From the NCBI GenBank assembly GCA_951406725.2, contig OX597814.1:168144001-168208000 (forward strand): a stretch of DNA of 64,000 nt. The letters run 5' to 3'. The translations under genes and the position numbers were made by a program. Positions within the stretch are counted from its first letter, which is position 1; each line of letters begins with the position of its first letter. Source of the stretch: Octopus vulgaris. Its lineage: Eukaryota. This document shows positions 21,876 to 35,459 of the stretch, in pieces. The notes beneath the pieces are model-generated. The model did not search any database. It saw nothing but the letters and a program-made list of their open reading frames with translations, and had not been told where the DNA came from.

Positions 21876-23880
21876 TTATTAATCCACTGAGGCCAGCTTT
21901 GCCTTTTGTCCTTTTGGGGTTGATTAAATAAGTACCAGTTGAGCACTAGGGTTGATGTAATTTACTGTCCACCACCCCACTAAAGAATTTGCTAGCCTTA
22001 TGCCAAAATTAGAATTTAACAATAAAATATGAATAATAACTTCTCTATTTTCCACAAGGTTGACAAATGAGGACAAATTACAAAACTAGTGTGCAGAGGA
22101 GTCTGAAGAAACTGGTATAAAAAACAATATTTATAAAAGGAAACTAAATGAAAGTCCCGATGCCAATTAGAGAGCCCCACAGGTCCAAGTGTAGTGTTAC
22201 TGCCTGGGGCAAGTCTCCTCCCTCAGCTCTATGGATACTGAATGTAGGTCCTTTCTCTCTGTCCATATTAGCCACTATTACCTACTTTTCAGCAAATTTC
22301 ATGGTGGACATCCTCTTCCCCTTTACTTTCAGTTTCTTCCAGATAATAAAAATAAGTTATGATCCAAAGAAACGATAGTGAATTCATAGTTAACATTTGG
22401 TTGTGTAACTTCTCATTTTAATGAATCTAGGTTGATTAATATTGATATTTTATTGATTTCTAATATCATCATTTCAGTCAATAAAAATGTAGTAATAATA
22501 ATAATGTTTGTGTCAATTTAATAAACTAAATACTCTCTCCTCTGCAAAGCTATGGCATTGTACTGAAGTAAGCCAATATTATCACACCTCTGGGTTGATA
22601 TTTAGCTTGTAGGAGCACATTGTTCAATAGAAGTCCTTCCCTTTTTTCCTAAAACAGCATAGTGTGATTTGAGAGAGATTTTGCTGCTGTTTCTAGCAGG
22701 CTAAGTGACCATGTGAAGGCTCACTCTCTTGTCTTTTCTTTACTTAAGATTTGGTCAGGTGTGATTTGAATAAAATTTAGCTGTCAACTGCTATTTCTAG
22801 CAGGTTGAATGGCCATGTGCAAGTCCTTGTTGGTTTGTCAACCATTCATTTAAGGTCATACTGGGGCACTATTCAACTTCATTGTTTGATTTTTATTTAT
22901 TTACATTTTTAAGATAATTTTTTTAGTGGAGGCTAAACAGCTACGTGAGAGAGTGTATTGACAAATTCATTGATTAATGACTTTTTGAAATCAATAACCA
23001 AGTGTTCAGATAATTAATTAAATATCACCAGCATTTGCTGTACAATGGCAATGATATTAAGGGGCTTTACAGCTGGCATAATTAGAAAGTAGGAAGGGCG
23101 TTTAATTGTTAAAAACAATTACTCCAACACCTCATGCTAACCTGGGAAGTGACTGTAAAACAGTAAATAGAAGACCATGTTTGTGTGTGTGTGTGTGCAC
23201 GTGTGTGTACACCTGCTTAAGAACTTGATTTTAAGCTTACTGGATTCAATTTACTTAATCAGACAGGAGTCCAGTGCAACATTTCAGCATGTCATCGTGG
23301 TCAAACTGTCCATCCCATGTCAGCATGGACCACAGACATTAAATAATGATGATAATGATGATGATGCAAAGTAAATAGAAGCTATAGTTTCAGTTTTGAT
23401 GTAGGAACAATTTTTTCATTATAAAAAAATGCACAGAAAGCAGTTTTTTTTTATTTTTCACTGATGTTTATAGATTAAAAAGAAAAGAAAAAAACCCCAG
23501 AAAACAGCAAAAAAATGCACACATATACACAGTAAGCTTCTACACAGCTTCTGTTTACCAAATTCTGCTTACAAGATATTGGTTAACTGAAGGCTATAAC
23601 AGAAGACATACTTGTCCAAGATAACGCTTGGTGGGATTGAAGTGAAATTCTTTACCATACAGCATTGCTTGCACCTGTGCCGTGCATTCTCTTTGTAAAA
23701 GAATTTGCATTCTGCACTCTCAAAACTATTCATCAATTTATATAGCAGTTCCACTGAACCTATAATTGTTTTTTTCTACTTTGTAGGGGTGGAGCAGGGA
23801 CAATGTAAAGTAAATTGAATCTTGTAAGCTAAAATAAACACACACATATGCATACATACATACACATGCATGTACAAATA

Positions 23881-24093
23881 TTCTTTTCTATTCTAGGCAC
23901 AAGGACTGAAATTTTTGGGGAGGGAGCGAGTTGATTAGGTTGACCCCAGTATGCAACTGGTACTCAATTTATCGATCCCGAAAGGATGAAAGGCAAAGTT
24001 GACCTCGGTGGAATTTGAACTCAGAATGTAAAGACATGAAATACCGCTAAGCATTTCGCCCGACGTGCTAATGTTTCTGCCAGCTCGCTGCCT
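23881..24093 (-). mobile_element. tRNA-derived Nin/Deu-domain SINE
   Basis: Full head (GGCAGCGAGCTGGCAGAAAC), B-box GAGTTCAAATTCC and Nin-like domain. Confidence 0.85.
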
Positions 24094-24118
24094 TACACAC
24101 ATACAAATATTGCATCTG

Positions 24119-24181
24119 AAATGGGATTTCAAAATGTAGCAATTAACCCAAATGGGATTTCAAAATGTAGCAATTAACCCA
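24119..24181. repeat. Perfect 31-bp tandem duplication
   Basis: AAATGGGATTTCAAAATGTAGCAATTAACCC x2. Confidence 0.95.
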
Positions 24182-24472
24182 TCAACTGCCAGTGTCATAT
24201 TTTGGGGGCAGATTTTAAATTCAGCATAAGTAATGTTATAAAAACTCTTGTGTTTCTATTGTTATATAAAATAAAAGATATATGAAATAAAAAAATAAGC
24301 AATATAACACGAGAAGTATAATCAAAGAGTTCTTAGGAATTAAGAAAATGGAAAAAAAAAAATTATAAATAACATTTGTAGTTGAATTATGGCCTTCAAT
24401 GAATTAAAATAGGCTTCTTTTTATTCTTACTGTTTTATTATCACTTTCAGGTTAGCATGGGATGTACTATTT

Positions 24473-24933
24473 CTTCTTCATTTTCTCATAGCATTCACCC
24501 AGGGTGGGTTGAGCTGGCTTCATTCATCCTCAATGCTGCATCTCTCACAAACGCCGACCAGGCTTGGCGATTTGAGGTTAACGACTGCGTGATCTCCAAC
24601 CACTCTTTATTCCAGCGGTGAACGACGTAGATATGGGGGCCTAGGTTGGGTTCCAGATCAGCCTTGACTGTCATCAGCCAGGTTTTTCATTGTCCACCAC
24701 ATCGCTTTCGCCAATCCTGAAGGGGAGCTGGGGCAATTGCTTCGTAGATGAATTCTTGTTGACGACGGAGGGCATGGCCCAGCCAACGCAGACTTGTCGG
24801 AGGGTGGTGGTTCTGCACTGGTGTCGCACCGAATTGTTGGAGACAAAGTGATGTCATCGGACATGAAGGATGCGGCGTAGACAGAGGTGATCGAAGGATT
24901 CTAGTCTCTTAATATCTTCCACCTTCATTGGCT
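24473..24933 (-). mobile_element. 5'-truncated RTE LINE of a second (SR2-like) family with 12-bp TSD
   Basis: TSD GATGTACTATTT at 24461-24472 and 24934-24945. Peptides PMKVEDIKRLESFDHLCLRRIL, LRWLGHALRR, WRKRCGGQ*KTW; (GAA)n tail. Confidence 0.9.
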
Positions 24934-25709
24934 GATGTACTATTTATTGCTTGATGGGGAAGAATTGTAGAAAATGAACACAAGCTTACGATATGATATG
25001 ACCTATCAACTATTTGACCAGTAGCTGACTCTTGGTCAACTTGGTCAGTTGTGACTTCAAGTCAGTTTCACCATGCTGGTAATTGTGTCACTTACAATGA
25101 GCTAACTTTAATTTCTTATTAATTGGTCCTTGTTATTAGCGGTGATATGGTGGAAAGCTGTCAAGAATAAAAGCAAGTGAACAATACCAACCATTTATTT
25201 TTCAACAAATAACCATTTCTGTTTGAGAAAGCAAACATTCTACTTACCTAAGCTGGCAGGGTGCCATATTTGTTTAGTGTTAGTTCAGTACAAATCATTT
25301 AGAAAGTAGCCATTCTAGGTGTAAAAACTATGTTGATCAATATATTGGAAATGTTTTTTTTTTCTTTTTTAATGGGCTTGGTAAATTACTCAAAAACCAA
25401 TTCAATCAGGATAAATATTTTATCTTAGACTGTTCTTGTAAGATTTTATATTTATGTTTTTTATTTTTATTTTTCTCTGTGTGCTGGTGGTGTTTGTCTG
25501 TCTTATTGCTAACTTAATTGAAAGACTTGCAAACAAGATGGCTGATTTGGTAACACATTCCAACTTGTTCTCATTCCTGATCAGCTATGATTAAACAAAT
25601 CTACATCACTGATCAAACTAATCAACTGAAGCAAATGATCATTATTCCTAACATAATGATCTCATCTATAATGAGATAAGCAATCCTAAAATTTAATGGA
25701 ATTCTTTAA

Positions 25710-25929
25710 CTCTTTTGTTACTGTATTTATTTTGAGATGCTCTGTGTTTCTTTGAATTACTTTAAATATAACAAAGAATTTAGTAAAATAACTTAGTTAT
25801 CATTAAGCTAGTGTTAGGAACATAAATTTTGACTAAGGTTTGGTGGAAGATTTTAATTCGAAACTTATGAAAACAAGACATTTGTACTCAGAAACAGAGC
25901 CGGTTTCAGCCGGGTTGGTAATAAAGGGG
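25710..25929. mobile_element. piggyBac-type MITE (family A)
   Basis: TTAA flanks; near-identical to 20994-21213. Confidence 0.85.
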
Positions 25930-26912
25930 TTAAATATGAGGTTTCATTTACAAAATGCTACTTGTCAATATCAGTTGGCTCAGTTAACTAAAGAGAAGCT
26001 CTTCTGTTGTTCAGTTCTAATTTATTTATAAATAAATGGAGCACAATACAGCCCTATGGTGCACTAGATCCTGCTGAACCATCTATGCCTACGTGGAAAA
26101 TGGATGTTATATAATGATAATGATGGACCAATGGCTTTTAAGTTGTCAGTTATTCTTGCTTGAAGCAAATCCCATGCTGTACATCTTTGAGTCATCTGTC
26201 AGGAAAGAATATAACAGTTTCATTCTTTGTTAAAAGTTGTATAGCGGTGGTTCTCAACTACTGTTGCTCAAAAACTCAGTTCATGCATGTTAGGCTCAGT
26301 CTTAGTGTTAAATGAAGATCTCTTTGGACAAAACTTAAATGGTTACATGAGCTTGACAGTAACTGTACCACTGTACTGAACTCCTCAACAAAATACAAAG
26401 TCAGAAATGGCATCAGAATCTTCTTTATAACTTACTAGAGATTAGGGCACTTACACCTTATTATGTGCTTGGTCAAGAACAGTGTAGCCAAGAGAATTGT
26501 AAACCAATAATTTCTTCTTGTAAACAATCATCCATTGTGCCCAGATTGATTGAGAATGGATCAATAATCCATTTGGGGATGATCATACCAAGCAGATCAT
26601 TCACTGGATTATTATGACTGCACAAATGATTGACTTAATAATAATTAGTTGCCTAATTGAACATGAACACTGTGGCAGTACTAATTGCTATCATATATTA
26701 CACATAAAATTTTATGTATTAAAGTTATCTTTATATAGTATTTTATATCTTTCACATGACATCTCACCTTATTCTTAGTAGAATAATAGCCTTAGTAGAA
26801 TAATAGTATTGTTCATTTTTTTTTTTATTCAAGTCTACAAGTAATTAATATTTATTATTTGATAATGATATGTTGTGTGAAAATTTGAATCCAATTAAAA
26901 GTCTAGTATTTT

Positions 26913-27135
26913 GTGGAGGCACATGGCTTAGTGGTTAGGACATTGGACTCATGATCATAAGATTGTGGTTTCAATTTCTGGACCAGGTGATACATTGTGT
27001 TCTTGAGCAGGACATTTCATTTCACATTGCTCCAGTCCACTCAGCTGATAAAATTAATTCTGCAATGGACTAATGTCTTGTCCACAGAGGAATATATACA
27101 CTGGACAAATCAGAAAATCAGCCTTATGTTCCTTA
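26913..27135 (+). mobile_element. tRNA-derived CORE-type SINE (family E)
   Basis: GTGGAGGCACATGGCTTAGTGGTTAGG head and TTGTGTTCTTGAGCAGGACA..GCTCCAGTCCACTCAGCTG core. Confidence 0.75.
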
Positions 27136-27211
27136 CAGGGCAATGTGGACTAGCCATTTTGTAATATATTTACAAAAGCACTTCTTCCTGTCCTCCCATT
27201 ATCCGTATTAA

Positions 27212-27814
27212 CCCTTTAGCATTCAGATTACCTTGTCAAATGTAATGATTGTTTATTCCCATTGTTTTAAATTTAGCATTCATTATCTTGTAGCTTCTAT
27301 ATGATGTGATTGTGAGACAAAGTGGTGAGAAATGATCTACAAACGCTGGGGCTCACAGAGGAGATGACAGGGGACTGAGACTGCTGGTGGTTTGCCATGC
27401 TTAAAAACACATGCTAAGCTAAGTAAAGCATAGTTCCCCTTGCAGCCAGGCTCATCCCTTGCAACCCTCTCCAGCTGAACATCCCTGATCTTGTGGGCTC
27501 TTAAGTGTTGGTGCCATGTAAAAAGCACCCATGCCAGTGCTGTGAAAAGCACCCAGTAGACTTTGTAAAGTGGTTGGCATTAGGAAGTACATCCAGCCAT
27601 AAAAACCATGCCAAAGCAGTCATGGAGCCTGAACAGCTCTTCAGCTGGTCAGCTTCTGTCAAAATGTCCAACCCATGCCAGCATAGAAAACAGATGTTAA
27701 ATGATGATGATGATGATAATTGTATGGTACATGTGAGAAGCCAGACCTGTTTGGTCTGAATGTAAAACTGGTAGAATATTTAGGCTGGATATGGCCAGTT
27801 TCACTTCTAAAGAG
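27212..27814. mobile_element. TTAA MITE (family C) interrupted by an RTE 3'UTR/tail (~27314-27717, +)
   Basis: TTAA|CCCTTTAGCATTC ... CTAAAGAG|TTAA. Halves match 34847-35067; the insert ends in CCAACCCATGCCAGCAT plus (GAT)n. Confidence 0.7.
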
Positions 27815-28179
27815 TTAATCATCCTTGTAAAGCATTGCTCCTGAAATTTTATGAAACTCTCTGCTAATGCCTGTTGCTCATTGTTTCCACAGATTTTCTT
27901 TAATGCTTCTAAATTGGTGCTTACAGGCTACTTTGAAAAATATTGGCCGGTTTATACTTTTAATGAACTTTAGGTTCATGAAAAGAGTTGCATCATGTGC
28001 TTTAATCATTCTGAACTTGTCTAATCATATGTGGCTTGTATTTTCTCTTGCCTGAGTTGGAATTTTATAGAATCACATCTCCTACAAGGGTTGTGTTGGT
28101 TGGGCAGAGATCTCGACAGGTTTTTGAAGCAACCTTAAAGTTTGTTGCGTTTGTGTTGGTTGGTTTCGTTAACAAAAAA

Positions 28180-28305
28180 TAAGAGAGAGAGAGAGAGAGG
28201 CAGGAAAAGTGAGAGAGAAAGAGAGGCAGAAAGAGTGAGAGAGAGAGGCAGAAAGAGTGAGAGAGAGAGGCAGAAAGAGTGAGAGAGAGAGGCAGAAAGA
28301 GAGAG
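28180..28305. repeat. GA-rich minisatellite (~20-22-bp unit GAGAGAGAGGCAGAAAGAGT)
   Basis: About five consecutive units visible. Confidence 0.9.
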
Positions 28306-30225
28306 TATCCTTTTCTGAGTGGGCTATGAAAAAGACACAAAGTGCTTAATGGCTATGATGAGTTACTTTCTGAGTTCAAATTCCACCAGAGTCAACATTG
28401 CTTTCATCACTTCAGCATCAGTAAAATACCAATAATATACTGGAGTCAATGATACTCTCACCCTGAGGCCTTGTGCTTATATTAGAATTCATTTTTTATT
28501 TTTATTACTAGGTCAGTGCAGAATGAATGGAGTATGGAATAAAATAATTTTTGGTATTTAGTTATGTCACTTGGAATTTAGGTAATAATTTGATTTTCAT
28601 TCTTCTGGTATTGATACAATATGTTCTACTCGTATACTGGCATTGATATAATCATATATTCCATCCAACACCAAAATAAATAGAATAAATTGTTGCTGTT
28701 TGTAAACATCTTAGTAACCATCATTATTAGCATTGTCCCTGGTTCCTCAAGACAGATTGAATTTTTGGATTCACTTGTACTTTCTTGGATGGTAATTTCT
28801 GTTTGCTTTCTGCTTCCCCCACCTTTCCTAATTGTAGTTAGAGCTTACGGTTGGAACAGAGTTAACATTTTTGTATAAAGCTATATAACAGAAATGTCGC
28901 AAGTGAGAGCTGTTAACTGCCAACCATCTCAACTGCATCTATTAACCAATAAAATTTCCCCAACAATATGTAAATGTGCAAATTTGTTAAAAGTATTCCA
29001 GCTATATTAGAATGATAAAATGGATGATAAACAGCTACATAAATCTTTCCTATGAATAATTTTTTTCTGTCCACTTGAGTATTGAGAAATGGTGAGGGGT
29101 CTTATTGAAGTAACAAAGAAGGAAGAAAGAAGATGGTGAGTTGGATGGAATCATCTTGGTGTAAAATGCAAGCTTTTATAACAATGGCTATTGATTTGAT
29201 AAATCAAATAGTGCAGAACATTGAATTATAGTACTTTGTTCTTTAATGTTTCTCTCTTGCTTCATAGACAACCATTTATTATTCTACACTACCTTCCAAG
29301 ATTTAATCCTTAATCTTTACTCTTCAGTGGATTGAAAATTAATGAGTTTCTGTTTTCTCTTTTAAAAATTAGTTTTTCTTGTTCTTCATCCTTATCATCA
29401 CCACCCACATATTTCTGTCTTAGAATTTTAGAAGTTTCTTATCTTTTACTAAATATAAAGAAAATATTGTTTTACTATGGTTAAATTCTGTTTTTTTTTT
29501 TTTAAAGTATCTTTTAAATTTTATCACCTAGTAAACTTAAATATTGCAAACATTCTGTTATACTACTGTTAAATATTTTTCAAACACAATATATCCAGAA
29601 CTACATTATCCAATATTTTTTTAATGTGGTAAAATGTGGTTTGAGGGAAGTTTAGATGCTATTTTTATCAGGTTGAGTCTCTTTTAAATGCTTTAAGACA
29701 TTGTCATTGTGTTCCTTTTTATCCCATCTTTTCTCTTTATTACTTCTAAACATCTGTTTGAGCGGTTTTACATCATTGCTTTTCACTTTTAACTCTTTAA
29801 TTTCTATCCACAATCAATCCCATTCATCACTCGTGTGTCATCTTATTTTATCATCTGTTTAAGGCAGGTGTTTTTGAATTGTTACATTAAACACTAGGAT
29901 TCTGAAACAATTTCATGAGGTTTTACGAGAGACTGAATGAAGCTGTGAAGTTGGATGGATTATCATTCATCATTGAAAAATTGCTGCAAATTCAATCATG
30001 TTGGTTTTATGTATATAGATATATTCAGTGAACATGAGTTTTTTTTTCCTTGTAAGGTTTTTGAGAAGAAGGGTAACATCCATAGCTTTTTTAGGCTTTC
30101 ATAGATCAGGAAATGGGAACAGGGATAAATGGGTGAGGTTGGTGTGATTGATGTTCTATTTAAATTTTCTGCTGGCTGTGGGGATAAGGCTTAGTCAATG
30201 CTTGATATAAAGTTGAGAAAATAAG

Positions 30226-30454
30226 GGCAGTGAGCTGGCAGAAACGTTAGCACGCCGGGCGAAATGCTTAGCGGTATTTCGTCTGCGTTACGTTGTGAGT
30301 TCAAATTCCGCCGAGGTCGACTTTGCCTTTCATTCTTTCGGGGTCGATAAATAAAGTATCAGTTACGCACTGGGGTCGATGTAATCGACTTAATACCTAT
30401 GTCTGTCCTTGTTTGTCCCCTCTGTGTTTAGCCCTTTGTGGGTAATAAAGAAAT
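30226..30454 (+). mobile_element. Young tRNA-derived Nin/Deu-domain SINE
   Basis: A-box TGGCAGAAACGTTAG, B-box GAGTTCAAATTCC, GCCTTTCATTCTTTCGGGGTCGATAAA; CpGs retained; near-identical to 39192-39422. Confidence 0.9.
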
Positions 30455-30724
30455 AGGTATTTTGTTTGTCTTCATGTTCTGAGTTAAAATAGGTACCAGT
30501 TGAATACTGAGGTTGATGTAATTGATTTATTCCCTCTCCTTGTGCCAAAATTTGAAAACAATGTGAAGTTGGGAAAATGGTGCAAGGCACAGTAGGACAT
30601 TGAGATGCATTGAGAAGGTTTAAGAAGTACAGAGTCAATAATTTGAAAGAAACCTATGAGAATTGTGACAGGGGGATGAAACTATACATGGGTAATGGGG
30701 GTGCTAGTTGTTGTTGAACCCTTC

Positions 30725-30916
30725 TGGTGTTGGTGCCACATAAAAAGCACCCAAGTTCACTCTGTAAAGTAATTGGCATTAGGAAGGCCATTCAATCATA
30801 GAAACCCTACCAAAGCAGACAATGGTGCCTGGTGCAGCTCTCTGGCTTCCCCGCTCCTGTCAAGCCATCCACCCCATACCAGCATGGAAGGCAGAGGTTA
30901 AATGATGATGATGATG
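30725..30916 (+). mobile_element. RTE LINE 3' tail copy
   Basis: AAAAGCACCC...TTGGCATTAGGAAGG...CCCATACCAGCATGG plus (GAT)n. Confidence 0.75.
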
Positions 30917-32825
30917 AAAAGCCTTGCTCTTAGGATTTTTGGTTTTAAACTTAAATTTTGTAAATAAGGGGGAAAAAAAGAAAAGAAAAGAAAATCCTTG
31001 GTGGAAACCAGAGATGGGAAATTTGTATGTTTGAAGCATTTCTTGTTCCACTGGCATATTTTCAGTTTCTTTCTTTTTATTCTTTTTACTCCCAGATTGC
31101 CATTACATTAAATTGTTGAGATTCATATCAATTAATTCCTATTATTTCCTCTATTGAACAAAGTGCTGTTTATTGCATAAATCTATGTACATTTGTATAT
31201 GTATGCTGCTTACATATTATATATACATTTCTATAACCTTAAACAATTCACTAGTAACCATAATAGATTGCAAAGTTACATTATTAATATTTCATATGGT
31301 AATGTATTACTTCAACACAAGGCCACACATTTAGAAGTGAAAGGATTGAAATTGTTTGACATTTATACCCTTTGTAAATGCATCTCTGTGAATGGAAAAA
31401 AAATATTGCGTTAGCTGTGAATTGAAACTGACTTGTGCACTTGGCTTGCTGGGAGTTTAACTCTTATGAACATTAATAAAAGAGAGAGTAAAAACAATTA
31501 GGTTATTTTGTTCCTTTAGTAGTTTTTTTCTTTCTTTTCCCTTTTTCTTTCTCATTCAGATTATTTCTGATCATATTGTAAAGCTTATCAATTGATTCGA
31601 TGAAATTGCTTTTTTTTTTATAACATCCATTTTCATTGGTTAATTTTTGTTTTTGTCTGTTTATTGAAGGAATTATTTTTACAGGATTTTTAAAGTACAC
31701 AAGAGGGGTGTGGCAGTGTCTATGACCTTTGGAGGCTGGTGAGATTGACGTGTCTGACATAAACAAAAACACAGACACATTCATGAGTATGCACATACAC
31801 ACAATGAACTTCTGTAAAGTTTCTGTTTACCAAATTCCTCTTACAAGGTATTGTCAACTTGAGGCATAGCAGAAGATACCTGTCTGGAGAGATTGAAATT
31901 AGAATCACTTGTTGCAAAACTGACAACTTACCCATACAGCTATGTCTGTGCCTCACAGTCTATTTCTGCAATCAATCTATACTAATGCCTGGTAGTTGGT
32001 ATTTTGGCACTAATAGTGGATATAAAGTACTCAACTATTATACTTACGAATAAATAATCGAAATGGTTTTACAACCTTATATTTTTCAGGATTTACTAAT
32101 GTGTTTACAACTAACTAATGACTTTCTAAACACATTGAATCTTCTCCGTATCGCTACCATTTCTACAACTATTTCTGCAAACAAGGATGTTGATCTGCAG
32201 TTAGTCGGTAGACCTCTTAGAAACAAGAATCAAATCTGCCTCAATATTCTACTTCCTTAAAAAAATGAAAGGAAAGAAATATTAGTTACTGTAGTCTTGG
32301 ATAATATATATCTGAAAAAAAAAAATTGATACAGGTGGAATATCTTTGATTGATCATAGGCCTGCTCAATCAGGATTGCCTTAGAGCTTAGAAACAACAA
32401 TATAATACTGGCTCTGCAGAGCTAGTAAAAGTACATATCATAATAATCTTATCTGACCAAATTCACCTACTGCATTTATCATTCCTCTTTGTCATCTTTG
32501 CCGTGTGTCATCCTAGAAATCTAATTTATTTGATATACTTGACCCATTTTTTCTCATGAGTGTCTCCCTTCTCATATTTTTAGATACCACACTGAATTGT
32601 CAAACTGAATATCACTCTCCTCTTGTCTGAGCCGGCTGTCAAAGGGACAGTAATACTATCTCTCCTCCTCTTACACCTTGGGCTTATTTGCTTATTGTAG
32701 TGATTCTCAACTTGGTGGGGGTCCACTTGACCCTTGGGAATTCATGTATGATTTAGTTGTTAAAACTTATACGCAGATCAGTTACAATTCTACAGTACAC
32801 AAAGTATTTTAACAATTTTTTAAAT

Positions 32826-33197
32826 AAAAAGCACCATACGAGCGAGCGTGGTTGATGCCAGTGCTGCCTGACTGGTCCTGTGCCGGTGGCACGTAAAAAG
32901 CACCATTTGAGCATGGTCGTTGCCAGTACCGCTTGGCTGGCTCCTGTGCCAGTGACAAGTAAAAAGCACCATTTGAATGTGGTCGATGCCAGTGCCACCT
33001 GACTGGCCCCATGCTGGTGGCACGTAAAAAGCACCTGCTACACTCTTGGAGTGGTTGGTGTTAGAAAGGGCATCCAGCTGTAGAAATCTTGCCAGATCAG
33101 ATTGGAGCTTGGTGCAGCCACTTGGCTTGCCAGTCCTCAGTCAAACTGTCCAACCCATGCTAGCATGGAAAGCGGACGTTAAATGACGATGATGATG
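32826..33197 (+). mobile_element. RTE LINE 3'UTR/tail copy with four internal subrepeats
   Basis: AAAAAGCACC..GCCAGTG..GACTGG..GTGCC units x4, then the RTE terminal motif and GAT tail. Confidence 0.85.
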
Positions 33198-34846
33198 AAT
33201 TCCTAATAATATTTAATTATAATAGTATAATGGGATTTTTTAAATCTTCAAATAGCTATGGGATTCCAGTAGAGGAAAATAGGAATTAAAGGGGTCCACA
33301 AGCAAAAAATGCTGGTTTATTGGCTTCAGTCATTGGACTGTATGATTATGGTGAGTACTGTCTTCACAGATTTTTTTCTTGGTAATTGCTTAGATCTCTC
33401 CCCATTCCAGTACTTATGTCAGTCTTGTACTTATTTCATCAATCTCTGTCTACCTTTGTCCATAAATGGACACAACTCGACACTCCTGAATACACACACA
33501 CACACTTACTTTCTCTCTTTCTCTCCCCCATTTCTCTCTCACACTACAGGCTTCTGCACAATTTCTGTGTACTAATTTCCACCTCCAAGCTATTATTTAA
33601 CCCAAGGCTGCAGTACAGAGAAGCCTCTTTCATTAACTTGCCAATAGCATTGTGTTTTTTAAGCCAGCCAAATCCACCCAGTTTGAATATTTAATATTGA
33701 GTCTTAAGCTTATCAGCTTTTATCATTGTCATAAATGACTGAGTGATCTCTTGATTGTAACTCTGTATTTGTCTGTGACAAATATAATCAACGCCAAGTT
33801 TTCATATCTTGATGATTAAACTTTGCAAAACTCTAGTTAGTCTTTTTTTTCTTTTGTTACTTCTTTTTCAGTGTTTACTCTATTATTAATGCGTCAGTTA
33901 ACTTTGCTATAACTAATACATATTCCTTTTGCAAATTGTCTTCTTCTGTCCCTCTTACTGAGGTGTGTTCATGGTACACACTCCCATACACACTAAACGC
34001 ACACACATGCATCCAAAGAGAGACACTAATGTATAAATGCAGAACTGGATACAGCAATTATGTGAGGGGACACACAGACACACACAAACACATTTGTATA
34101 TATATATATATATACACATATATATGAGAGAGAGAGAGAAAATTAGCATTTGTGGAGCAATGGAATGCTAATTTAATGGACTGATAAATTCAAACTCAGC
34201 AATTATTATAGTTTGCTTGATATTATCTGTTCTAGTGAAGGAAGTAAGCTTATGGTGTTATTTTGCAGTCATCTTGCTTCGGCAGTGTAGGATTTAATGG
34301 TTGTCATAACTTTACTCATCATCTTTAATATATCTGATTGTGGCAGCTAGCTCCAATGGTTCTGTATATTTGAGAACTTGATAGAACTCTTAAGATGCAG
34401 AAAATGGAAATGATATTTCAATTCACCCACAAAATACTGTGGAAGTTTTCTTTTGCTTTCTTTTTACCTTAATTATTCTTTAGCCACAAATCAGACTTGG
34501 TCAAACAGACATATGATCAGCTGTGAGCATCTGTCTTTTTTTCCCTTCAAGTATAGTGTACTCTTCATTGAGCTACTTTTATCAGTATGTTGTTTTTATA
34601 TGGTTGGATGATGGTGTGATATAAAGAATTTGGTTACTATTTCTAGCAGGTCAAGCTCCCCTTTGGCTCATTTCTATTTTCTTTGCAGTCACGAGTGTGA
34701 TAGACTTTGGGCAAGAGGGTCATTTGTTTGTATTTGTGTCGCAAACACTATTTAGTTTCCATAGCTAAGACAACCGTTTACTGGTCTAGTTCACCTTATT
34801 TCAAGTAGGAATAGCTGAAAGTATGACATAATTGATGACAGTTTAA

Positions 34847-35067
34847 CCCTTTAGTGTTTGCATTATTCTGCCAAAGTTAATGCTTCTTCATCCACATTGT
34901 TTTGAACTAATCATGCATTATCTTGTAGCTATGAGATTTTGATGAGGTGGCTGTTAATTTTTAAAACGATATTGTAGGGTTGGTGTGAGAGACCAGATCT
35001 GGCCTGTTTGAACATAAAACAGGCAGAATACTTTTGGCCAGATATGGCCAGTTTAAATGTTAAAGGG
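34847..35067. mobile_element. piggyBac-type MITE (family C), TTAA TSD
   Basis: TTAA|CCCTTTAG ... TTAAAGGG|TTAA. Related copies at 47468-47685, 47858-48508 and 27212-27814. Confidence 0.8.
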
Positions 35068-35459
35068 TTAAATGACATGCTGTGCTGAGCTCAAATCTCA
35101 TCATTGAAAATAATTTCAAGATTTATTCTCTTGAAATCATCCAATTATGGACTCATCAGTTTCTGAAATCTCACAACAGTTGACCCTTCTGCCCATATTT
35201 CCATGAAATAGATATGCAATTGATGAATTGATTACTATGACTGCATTAGTGTAGTTGATTAGGGTAGAAACATAATGAAAATATTCTGAAGTCATGAAGA
35301 AGTACTTTGGTTTTCATAAACATCAGTATTTTGTTGTTGATGTTATCCAATCACAAGTCAGCTCTGATCAAGCATACCTTTGATCAAAGGCACTCCAATC
35401 CTGACTATCCTTGTCTTTATTTCTAGCCATTGTGTATCTATGATTATATTCAGTATGTA

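Noticed and set aside
30226-30320. tRNA gene-like A/B boxes (also in other SINE heads)
   Set aside because: No complete cloverleaf; they continue into SINE body and tail.
35130-35165. Minus-strand CTGATGA-GTCCA-TAAT-TGGAT hairpin
   Set aside because: Followed by GATT rather than GAAA, and no stems I/III.
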